From the NCBI GenBank assembly GCA_013178015.1, contig JABLXR010000014.1, forward strand, positions 13,737 to 77,736: a DNA stretch of 64,000 nucleotides. The letters run 5' to 3'. The translations under genes and the position numbers were made by a program. A model generated the notes under the pieces. The model did no database searches. It was given only the letters and a program-made list of their open reading frames with translations, and was not told the DNA's origin. Each line of letters opens with the position of its first letter. Position 1 is the stretch's first letter. Shown piece after piece: positions 41,505 through 49,436 of this stretch. The stretch is from Anaerolineae bacterium. GTDB taxonomy: Bacteria; Chloroflexota; Anaerolineae; DRVO01.

Positions 41505-41535
41505 TCTTGCTGCCCCCAAGCCGTGGCCCGGGGGC

Positions 41536-42951
41536 TCAGGTGGGCCTGGAGCCCGGGAAGGGCGGATGAGGCCATTCCTCGGGCTCCTTGAGGTTGGCGA
41601 GTGCCTTCTGCACCACCTCAGGCAGAGCGGGATGGATGTGCATGGCGGAGAAGATGTGGCCCGTCTTGGCGTGCACTGCCATGGCGTTGATGACTTCCTG
41701 GATCAATATCGGGGCATAGGGGCCGATGATGTGGAAGCCGAGGATCTCGCGGCTATCTGCGTCTACTACTGCCTTGGCGAAAGCATCCTCCTCCATCATG
41801 GCCTCACCCTTAGCCACCTCGGCATAGCGCGCGTACCCGATGACCAGGCGGTGATCTCGCGCCGCCTCCCGCTGGGTGAGGCCGACCGCGGCGATCTGAG
41901 GGTAGGTGAAGACGGCATGAGGCACGGCGTGGTAGCTCATCTCTACCTTGCTGTCGTGTAGGCTGTTGTTGGCGGCCACGTAGGCCTCTTCATTGGCCAC
42001 GTGCCTGAACATCGCCTTGCCGATCACGTCGCCCAGAGCCCAGACGTTCTCCTTGCTGGTCTCCATCCGGGTGTTGACCACGATGAACCCCCGCCCGTCC
42101 ACCTGGACGCCGCTGTTCTGCACGGCGAGGAGATCGGAGTTGGGGATCCGTCCCGCCGCCAGGAGGATAGTATCCGCCTCCACCGTCAGCTCCTCCCCGG
42201 TGCTCTCGTCCGCCGCCACCACCTGCAGGCGGGAGCCGACGCGGCGCACGGCCACTACCTTGGTCCCGGTGTGTACCGTCATCCTCTGGGCCAGCTTGCG
42301 CTTGAGCAGGTCCGAGATCTCGGGCTCCTCGTCCATGAGCAGCCGTTCCTCCATCTGGAGGAGGGTGACCCGGGTGCCCACCGAAGCGAAGAAGTGGGCG
42401 TACTCGACGCCGACGTAGCCGCCGCCGACGATGACCATGCTCGCCGGCCGGTGGTTGAGGTCGAGCAGGGTCTCGTTGGTCAGATACTCCACCCGGTCCA
42501 GTCCGTCAATGGGCGGGATGGCCGGGCGAGCGCCGGCGCCGATGACGATCTTGTCCGCACGCAGGCGCTCGCCGTTCACCTCGAGGGTGTACTCGTCCAC
42601 GAAGCGGCCCACACCTTCGTAGAAGTCCAGCCCCTCGGCGGAGCGAAGGGAGCGGCGGATCTCGTTCCTACTGGGGATGACCACCGAGCGCATGCGCTCC
42701 ATGATGGCGCGGAAGTCCACGCGCATGATCTCGGCGTACACTCCCAACCGGGCAGCGTCCTCTATCTCAACCACTCGATCGGCGGGGAAGATCAGCAGCT
42801 TGGAGGGGATGCAGCCTACGTTCAAGCAAGTGCCCCCGGTGGGGCCCTTGTCCACCAGGGCCACCCTGAGCCCATGGGACAGAGCCATGTCCACCGCTGT
42901 CAGGGCCGAGCCGGAGCCGATAACGAGGTAATCGTAACGCTTGGTAGCCAT
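41536..42951 (-). CDS. Class I pyridine nucleotide-disulfide oxidoreductase (dihydrolipoyl dehydrogenase/mycothione reductase-like)
   Basis: VIGSGS, GGTCLNVGCIPSK redox disulfide, VGGGYVGVE, AAGRIPN, WALGDV, HIHPALPE. Confidence 0.9.
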   Translation of the reverse strand: MATKRYDYLVIGSGSALTAVDMALSHGLRVALVDKGPTGGTCLNVGCIPSKLLIFPADRVVEIEDAARLGVYAEIMRVDFRAIMERMRSVVIPSRNEIRRSLRSAEGLDFYEGVGRFVDEYTLEVNGERLRADKIVIGAGARPAIPPIDGLDRVEYLTNETLLDLNHRPASMVIVGGGYVGVEYAHFFASVGTRVTLLQMEERLLMDEEPEISDLLKRKLAQRMTVHTGTKVVAVRRVGSRLQVVAADESTGEELTVEADTILLAAGRIPNSDLLAVQNSGVQVDGRGFIVVNTRMETSKENVWALGDVIGKAMFRHVANEEAYVAANNSLHDSKVEMSYHAVPHAVFTYPQIAAVGLTQREAARDHRLVIGYARYAEVAKGEAMMEEDAFAKAVVDADSREILGFHIIGPYAPILIQEVINAMAVHAKTGHIFSAMHIHPALPEVVQKALANLKEPEEWPHPPFPGSRPT

Positions 42952-43040
42952 AGTGTCGCCCTTCAACGTGCCGAAGTGAGCGATCTACCGCTCCGAGCGA
43001 TTCTAGCACGAGGACCCTGAGGAGTCAGGTAGACCACGCA

Positions 43041-43075
43041 GAAAGGGGAGCCCGGTAGCGTGTACCGAGCTCCCC
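43041..43075 (-). terminator. Intrinsic terminator downstream of def
   Basis: Minus strand GGGGAGCUCGGUA-cacgc-UACCGGGCUCCCC-UUUC. Confidence 0.7.
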
Positions 43076-43102
43076 CATGGCTCGCCGTCGGGGGCGACGG
43101 TG

Positions 43103-43651
43103 TCAGGTGCCGGAGGCCACCTCGGCGCCCGCGGCGCTCTGGCCCAGCTCCTCCAGCTCTTCGTCGCCCACGAAGTGCAGGGTGCCGTCCTCTACCTTGT
43201 CTATGAAGAGGACTCCGTCCAGGTGGTCTATCTCGTGCTGAAGCACGCGGGCCAGCAGGCCCTCGGCCTTGAGGCGCACCTCACGGCCGCGGAGGTCGGC
43301 GCCCTTCACAGTGATCTGGGCGGCGCGGCACACCTGCCCGTAGAAGCGGGGCACGGACAGACAGCCTTCCTGGCCGGTCTGCTCGCCTCGCGCTCTAACG
43401 ACCTCTGGATTGGCCAGAGCCAGCGTAGTGCCAGCGGCCGGGTCGTCCTCGTAGTCCTCAGGGATCTGGATCACGATGACGCGCTCTGACACACCGATTT
43501 GGGGCGCTGCCAGCCCCAGGCCGCTGGCCGCTTGCAGGGTGTCAAACATGTCCGCGACCAGCTCCTCCAGTCGGGTGACGAAGCGGCGCACGCTGCGAGC
43601 GCGCCGCCGCAGCACCGGATCGCCGTCTATGATAATCTCTCTCTCAGCCAT
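43103..43651 (-). CDS. def: Peptide deformylase
   Basis: GLGLAAPQIG, EGCLS and QHEIDHLDG motifs. Confidence 0.96.
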   Translation of the reverse strand: MAEREIIIDGDPVLRRRARSVRRFVTRLEELVADMFDTLQAASGLGLAAPQIGVSERVIVIQIPEDYEDDPAAGTTLALANPEVVRARGEQTGQEGCLSVPRFYGQVCRAAQITVKGADLRGREVRLKAEGLLARVLQHEIDHLDGVLFIDKVEDGTLHFVGDEELEELGQSAAGAEVASGT

Positions 43652-43727
43652 CGCTCCAACAGGCGAACGAGCCCGGCGCAGGTAGCGCGTCAGGGCTCGC
43701 TGCCTCCCCTTCTGCTAAGCGCGACCT

Positions 43728-43943
43728 CTACTCCGCGGCTGCCTCTTCGGTCTCGACAGCCGCGTTCAGGTCGGTGATGAGCTCATCCACATTGATGCCA
43801 TGGGCAATGGCACCCTGCTCGATGTTCTCGAACCGGGCGGCGGCGCAGCCCAGGCAGAATAGCCCGTGACGGAGGAACACCTCGATGGTCTGTGGGTATT
43901 CCTGAACCGTCTCTCCGATGGTCATGCTTCTGGTGATGGTCAC
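43728..43943 (-). CDS. DUF1858 domain protein
   Basis: MTIGETVQEYPQTIEVF..HGLFCLGC....ENIEQGA.AHG; TATAAT -10 at 44002-44007 (minus strand). Confidence 0.88.
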   Translation of the reverse strand: MTITRSMTIGETVQEYPQTIEVFLRHGLFCLGCAAARFENIEQGAIAHGINVDELITDLNAAVETEEAAAE

Positions 43944-44002
43944 CTGATGCCTCCGATGGGTGCGAGTTGATCACATCCTCATTCATACCTAACGTGCTCA
44001 TA

Positions 44003-45034
44003 TTATACCACCGGCAGTTGGTGGTGTAAACCGCGAGCAAGGGCGCGCGCCTTTCGGCTACGGTAGGGCAAGTGCAACAGGCTAGCCGCCCGGCGCTTGG
44101 TTTCCTCTGGCCGGCGGTCACATGTGGCCATTGTCGTGGGCGATGCGTGCCCGGCCAGGGCTTGCACCGTCACCACGTCCGCGCCGGCATCCAGCATATC
44201 GCCAACAAACGTCCGCCTCAGATCATGCGGAGAGAATGAGCGTACCCCCGCCTCCTCTGCCCGGCGGGCCAGCATGTCATAGATGGTCTGCAGGTTCAGG
44301 CGCCGCCGCTGTATGCGCCCGCCCCGAGTGACGGGCAATAAGAGCGGGCCGGCCTCGGTGCCACGCGCCTTCAGCCAATCGGCCATGGCTTCGCCGGTGC
44401 CGTTATTGATCCACACGCGCCGCTCTCTGTCGCCCTTGCCGTGTACCCTCAGCTCGCCCGTCGCCGGGTGATAATCTGCCAGGTCCAGTGCCGGCACCTC
44501 CTCGCGCCGTAGGCCGCCCGTGTACATCACGCCGATGATGGCGCAGTCCCAGGGGCCGACGTTGGTGGCGTCATCGGCGCAGGCCTCTGCCAGCGCCGCC
44601 AGCTTGCCGTGCGACAGGGACCGGCCCGCGGGCGACCGCTCCCCGCGCACATTCTTCACCGGGTGTAGCCTGGCGTAATCGTCTGCCGACAGCAGGCCCA
44701 GATTGAAAGCCTCCCGCGCCACCCCGCGCCAGGCCGACGGGTTCAGGTGGATCGTCGCCGGCGCCTGGCCCGACTCTGTCAGCCTGGCGCGGATCGCGGC
44801 CGCGTGTTGGTGGGGGAGCATGTGCCAGGGCACGGCTAGCGGATCGTCGGCGCCCAAGAGGCCGGCCATGTAGCGCAGGCGCCCGAGCATCGCCCGCCTG
44901 GCTCGCTCACTGGACAGGCCCGCCAGGTAGACGGCCGCCGGGTTGCGGTCGCTCGGCAACGGCCCGCCCGTGGTTACTAGCTCGCCCGCCCCCGCCTCGG
45001 CTGCTACTTGTACAGCCCGTATCAGCTCGCTCAT
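44003..45034 (-). CDS. Tyrosine recombinase/integrase, probably inactive (catalytic Tyr replaced by Cys)
   Basis: GGLRREE, HGKGD, SPHDLRR and LAGHAS are present, but TTMATCDRR stands where ..YDRR is expected. Confidence 0.85.
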   Translation of the reverse strand: MSELIRAVQVAAEAGAGELVTTGGPLPSDRNPAAVYLAGLSSERARRAMLGRLRYMAGLLGADDPLAVPWHMLPHQHAAAIRARLTESGQAPATIHLNPSAWRGVAREAFNLGLLSADDYARLHPVKNVRGERSPAGRSLSHGKLAALAEACADDATNVGPWDCAIIGVMYTGGLRREEVPALDLADYHPATGELRVHGKGDRERRVWINNGTGEAMADWLKARGTEAGPLLLPVTRGGRIQRRRLNLQTIYDMLARRAEEAGVRSFSPHDLRRTFVGDMLDAGADVVTVQALAGHASPTTMATCDRRPEETKRRAASLLHLPYRSRKARALARGLHHQLPVV

Positions 45035-45500
45035 GGTGCCCTACCCCTCGTGCCATTGTCTGCTACAATGTCCATTGTCATATACTACCACAGGGCTCTA
45101 CCGCTTCTGTCGCAAGGGGGAGTTCACTCTCTCAGAGGACAAATCGGGGGCCCGCAGGTGTTGAGGATGCAGGTGGAAACACACACGACAGGGCGAGAAC
45201 GTCGCTTCGACGGCTTCCTAGCGCCGCCTGGCCGATGGCCAAAATGGAGCCGCCTGTCTCCGCCGCTTAACTCGAGGGTTCACGGGCTTAGCCATAGGGC
45301 GGGCGTGGCGATACCCGGCCCCCGAGCCACTTGCCGACCTCTTCGCCGAATCATCTGGCTGGACGCGCACCCTGAAACTAGTACAATTATTGCTAAGGCC
45401 GGTCCTTACATGCGCTGGGCACCATTGGCAGACGATGGGGCAGGGCGGCACCATGCGCTCCGCCAGGGCGCTGACTGTCATGCCTGTAGCGGAGGTCTGG

Positions 45501-46208
45501 ATGGCAGAACGAGCACGGGGCCAAGTTGAGCTCACGGCCGAGGTCAGGCAGTTCTTTGCCTCCGTGCCTTACCTGGCCGGCCTAGGCGAGGAAGTCCACG
45601 CAGCCTGTGTGCGCGCTGCGCGGCGACGCGAGTTCGCCCGGGGAGCGGTCGTCGCCCTGGAGGGCGAGGCCTGCCCCGGCCTCTACTTCGTCGAGAGCGG
45701 CTGGCTCAAGGCCGTCAGGAGTTCTCCCGACGGCCGCGAGCAGGTCTGGGCCTTCTTCGGTCCAGGCGAGGCGCTTAACCACTTCGACGTTTTCGCGGGC
45801 ACCCCCAACTTGAGCACGATCGTGGCGCTGGAGGACTCATCGCTGTTCTTCGTCTCGCGTGAGGCGCTAACACGCCTGCTTGCCGAGCAGCCCAGCCTGG
45901 CGGCCGCCGTGATCGCCCATCTGGCGCAGCATGCGGTCCTCCTTCTATCGCTAGTCGACGACCTCTCGCTGCGCTCCGTGGAGGAAAGGCTTGCCCACTT
46001 CCTCCTCAGTGAGAGCGACGGCGACACCGTCCACCGCCGTCGCTGGCTGACTCAGTCCGAGCTTGCCGCCCGTCTCGGCACCGTCCCCGATGTGCTCAAC
46101 CGCGCCCTACGCTCCTTGAGCGAGCAGGGGCTGATCGCGGTCGACCGTCACCAGATCCGTTTGCTCGACCGTCAGGGGCTCGCCGATAGAGCCGAAGGCT
46201 ACGCCTAA
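45501..46208 (+). CDS. Crp/Fnr family transcriptional regulator
   Basis: cNMP-binding domain (EGEACPGLYFVESGWLK..RSSPDGREQ), SVEERLAHFL, HTH LTQSELAARLGTVPDVLNRAL; GGAGG SD. Confidence 0.92.
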   Translation: MAERARGQVELTAEVRQFFASVPYLAGLGEEVHAACVRAARRREFARGAVVALEGEACPGLYFVESGWLKAVRSSPDGREQVWAFFGPGEALNHFDVFAGTPNLSTIVALEDSSLFFVSREALTRLLAEQPSLAAAVIAHLAQHAVLLLSLVDDLSLRSVEERLAHFLLSESDGDTVHRRRWLTQSELAARLGTVPDVLNRALRSLSEQGLIAVDRHQIRLLDRQGLADRAEGYA

Positions 46209-46231
46209 GATTCCCTCCTAGTACTTCTCAA

Positions 46232-46275
46232 ATCCGACAAAAGTCATATAACCCCAGCCGTCCGGGGCTTATGCT
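46232..46275 (+). promoter_or_regulatory. Putative Crp/Fnr-activated class II promoter 1
   Basis: ATCCGACAAAAGTCATATAACC, then TATGCT at 46270-75, then ATG 6 nt later; same layout as 48094. Confidence 0.6.
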
Positions 46276-46556
46276 CCCGGCATGGTTCTGCGTATGGCAT
46301 CCGAGAAGTCTCAGCCGCCGGCATCACCGGCGAAGCGACGGCTGCTCCCGGCGCCACGGTTGGGGATCCACGCATCCCAGGGTTCGACTCCCTGCACTGG
46401 ATCTGACAATGGCGACCTAAAAGCCGCAACCCCGCGTAGAGGGCGTGAGCTTGTCCGGGGCAATGGCACGGCAGCAAGGTAGCCTACATCACGGTCAACG
46501 AACCGGCGTGGTCTCGACGACACAGAGACGGCACTCAAGCGAAAGGGGAAGACGGA

Positions 46557-47357
46557 ATGAACAAGATGCTAGTGGCGGTTTTCGGCAGCGAGTCGGCGGC
46601 CTACGAGGGCCTGAGCGCGCTCAAGGATCTCCACAAGAGTGGAGACATCACGCTCTACGCGACGGCGGTGATCGCCAAGGACTACTCGGGGGCCGTCAGC
46701 GTCAAGCAAGCGGCTGACGAGGGGCCTGTTGGGACCGCTCTGGGCATGCTGACCGGGAGCTTGATCGGCCTGCTGGCGGGCCCCGTCGGCGTGGCCGTTG
46801 GCGCCTCGGTGGGAGCTCTCTCGGGCGCGGCCGTCGATCTGGGCCGGTCGGGTGTCGGCCTGGACATGGTGGACGAAGTGTCGGCGGCGTTGCTTCCCGG
46901 CATGGTGGCCGTGCTGGCGGAAGTTGACGAGACCTGGATGTCTCCCGTGGACACCAGGCTGGGCGCGCTGGGCGGGCTCGTCTTCCGTCGCCTGCGTTCT
47001 GAGGTCGTCGAGGATCAGCTAGCGCGCGAATCAGCCCTGTTCAATGCCGAGATGAACGAGCTCTCTGACGAGCTGACGCGTGCCAGAGCTGAGGATAAGG
47101 CCGCCGTCAGAGAGCAGATCGAAGCTGTCAGGAACAAGCTGGAGGCGACGCAAGCCCAGGCCAAGGCCAGGCAGGAGCAGGCCAAGAGCGAGATGGAGGC
47201 GAAGGTCGCCGCCCTGCGCGACCAGATGAAGGGGGCCAGCGATCGCCGGAAGGCCCAACTCGAGCAGCGCATCGCCCAGGTCAAGGCCGACTATGAAGCC
47301 CGCAGCGCCAAGCTCGCGCAAGCGCGCAGACTCACCAGGGAGGCATTGTCACCCTAG
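46557..47357 (+). CDS. DUF1269 family protein with C-terminal coiled coil
   Basis: MLVAVF, GTALGMLTGSLIGLLAGPVG, VLAEVDE.W..PVD. Confidence 0.8.
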   Translation: MNKMLVAVFGSESAAYEGLSALKDLHKSGDITLYATAVIAKDYSGAVSVKQAADEGPVGTALGMLTGSLIGLLAGPVGVAVGASVGALSGAAVDLGRSGVGLDMVDEVSAALLPGMVAVLAEVDETWMSPVDTRLGALGGLVFRRLRSEVVEDQLARESALFNAEMNELSDELTRARAEDKAAVREQIEAVRNKLEATQAQAKARQEQAKSEMEAKVAALRDQMKGASDRRKAQLEQRIAQVKADYEARSAKLAQARRLTREALSP

Positions 47358-47433
47358 AGACAGACCTGGCGGCGCGGGCGGCGCGGGCGCCGCCCGCACA
47401 CTCTGAATCTACAAATATGGAGGTAGACCAATT

Positions 47434-48006
47434 ATGTACACTGTAGAGAAGCGTCTGGCCACAATCCTCTCCCGCAACTGGTGGGTGCTTCTGCTGCGCG
47501 GCTTGGCCGCCATCCTCTTCGGCATCGCGGCCTTCGTCTGGCCGGGCGCCACCGTGGCGACACTGGTCCTGCTCTTCGGCAGCTTCGCCCTGGTCGACGG
47601 CATCCTTGAGGTCTGGACTGCCATCGCGGGGCGCAAGGAGTACCAAGACTGGTGGGTACTGCTCCTCCGGGGCCTCGTCGGCGTTGGTGTCGGCATCCTG
47701 ACCCTGGTGCTGCCCGGTGTCACCGCGATGGCACTCCTGTTCTACATCGCGATCTGGGCCATCGCCACCGGCGTTCTTGAGATCGCGACTGCAATCAAGC
47801 TACGAAGGGAGATAGCGGGCGAGTGGTTGCTCATTTTCGAAGGCCTCGCATCCGTCGCCTTCGGCGTGCTTCTCATGGCGCGGCCAGGCGCGGGCGCTCT
47901 CGCCGTGGTCTGGCTGATCGCGATCTACGCCGTCGTCTTCGGCATTCTACTCGTGGTTCTGGCATTCAGGGTGCGCGCCCTGAGCGGGCAACTGTCTCGC
48001 CAGTAG
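47434..48006 (+). CDS. HdeD family (DUF308) membrane protein
   Basis: WWVLLLRGLAAILFGIAAFVWPG, FALVDG, WAIATGVLEI; GGAGG SD. Confidence 0.9.
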   Translation: MYTVEKRLATILSRNWWVLLLRGLAAILFGIAAFVWPGATVATLVLLFGSFALVDGILEVWTAIAGRKEYQDWWVLLLRGLVGVGVGILTLVLPGVTAMALLFYIAIWAIATGVLEIATAIKLRREIAGEWLLIFEGLASVAFGVLLMARPGAGALAVVWLIAIYAVVFGILLVVLAFRVRALSGQLSRQ

Positions 48007-48093
48007 AGCCCAGGTGCATTGCATCACCTTGCCGACCGGGCACCTCGGCCCTTCCGGGTCATCGGGAGGCTCGGTCGGATTGTTCTCCTCGCC

Positions 48094-48137
48094 ATCCGAC
48101 GGAAGTCACATAACCGCGCTAGCTCAGGTGCTATGCT
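48094..48137 (+). promoter_or_regulatory. Putative Crp/Fnr-activated class II promoter 2 (leaderless ferredoxin mRNA)
   Basis: ATCCGACGGAAGTCACATAACC, then TATGCT at 48132-37, then ATG at 48144. Confidence 0.65.
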
Positions 48138-48143
48138 ACCGAC

Positions 48144-48380
48144 ATGAACGTAGATGATCGCTTCCCTCCCGGCCAGAACCCAGAGAGGCCGGTGCCGCTG
48201 ATAGACCGTCAGCTCTGCGACGGATGCGGGAGGTGCGTAGTGGTGTGCCCCGGCCATGCCCTGGCGCTTGAGGGCAGCAAGGCAGTCGTCGCCCACCCTG
48301 ACGCCTGTGAGTACGCCGGCCTCTGCGCATCGGCCTGCCCACGGCAAGCGATTGACCTTCTGTTCGAGATCGTGTGTGGT
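48144..48380 (+). CDS. Small dicluster ferredoxin domain (no stop codon; reads through in frame)
   Basis: CDGCGRCVVVCP and CEYAGLCASACP motifs; the end coordinate marks the approximate domain end. Confidence 0.8.
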
Positions 48381-48713
48381 GATACCGTCGCGGTGCCGGT
48401 CACGACGCAAGCTGGAGCGACGCGCCGGCCAGCCGAGCCGCCCTTGAACGTGCAGCAGCGCTTGACCGCCGAGCTAGTGCGGGCACTCCCGTTACTCGAG
48501 GATGATCGGCGATGCGCCTGCTCACGGCAACGAATGCCAATGAGGCCTATGGACTCCACTCGGTCAACACGCAGTTGCCGCTGGGAGCTTGGCGGAGTCT
48601 CACACCCGCTGTCCGGGGCTGCCGGTTGGCGAGGCCACCGGGCAGTCCGGCCACTTGCGGGGCCAAATCTCGCCGAGGCCCCAATGTCCGCAAACGTAGA
48701 GGAGTGTAATGTC

Positions 48714-49334
48714 ATGGATATACCGCTTACGATCGGAATGCCCGTGGATGCTGAGAACGGCCGTGCCGGCCGCCTGGAGATGATCATCGTGGACCAGGAC
48801 TCCAAGCAGCCAACCTACCTGGTCATCAGGCGCAGCCCGCCATACTTCCCCGCCCGCGTTGTCGTGCCGACGAAGCTGGTGTCGGAGGTAGCTGAAGGCA
48901 CCGTCAGACTGCGAATGTACAAAGAGGCACTCGATGCTTTCCCCGACTACGAGGTGACTGTCGAGAAGCCTGTCGACGAGCCAGGGGAGAACCCCGAGCA
49001 GCCGAGCTACGTGGACCAGTGGCCGCTGACGACGCCCTCTCTCTGGCTCACCGAGGGGGCGGTGAAGGTGCCCCAGCGCACGGTGCCAGAGCACACGGAG
49101 GACGTGCGCATAGGCATGACCGTCTACGACGCCGGCGGCTTGGCGTTGGGAATGGTGCAAGGCGTCATCGTCAACTCGGATACCAAGCAGGTGACGCACA
49201 TCATCCTCTGGCGACTGGGGGTCAGACGCCTGGTACCCGTGGACCTGATCGACTTCACGATCCGCAACGATGTCTATCTGACCATCGGGCAGGACTATGT
49301 CCCCGGCCTACCCGCGGAGAAGCAGAAGGCGTAG
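48714..49334 (+). CDS. Tandem PRC-barrel domain protein
   Basis: IGMPVDAENGRAGRLE.IIVD....PTYLVI and a second copy IGMTVYDAGG..LG.V.GVIVN...VTHII; own AGAGGAG SD; in frame with the ferredoxin ORF. Confidence 0.75.
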   Translation: MDIPLTIGMPVDAENGRAGRLEMIIVDQDSKQPTYLVIRRSPPYFPARVVVPTKLVSEVAEGTVRLRMYKEALDAFPDYEVTVEKPVDEPGENPEQPSYVDQWPLTTPSLWLTEGAVKVPQRTVPEHTEDVRIGMTVYDAGGLALGMVQGVIVNSDTKQVTHIILWRLGVRRLVPVDLIDFTIRNDVYLTIGQDYVPGLPAEKQKA

Positions 49335-49436
49335 GAGTAGCGGGAGTGAGCGGCCTCTCTGTCGCTCACTCCCGCTACTCGGGTTGGTATTCGCCGGGCA
49401 GTCTGTCCGGCGGCGAACGCCTGGGAGGTAACGATC

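Noticed and set aside
40623-41519. 298-aa minus-strand ORF spanning the ncRNA region
   Set aside because: Low-complexity translation with no SD or motif; it runs through a REPIN and promoters.
43945-43975. Crp-like TGTGA-N6-CGCAC site before DUF1858
   Set aside because: Weak half-site match, downstream of the -10, and unlike the motif shared at 46232 and 48094.
46330-46405. tRNA, suggested by the perfect T-arm CAGGG-TTCGACT-CCCTG near an integrase
   Set aside because: No acceptor stem, D-arm or anticodon arm can be built around it.
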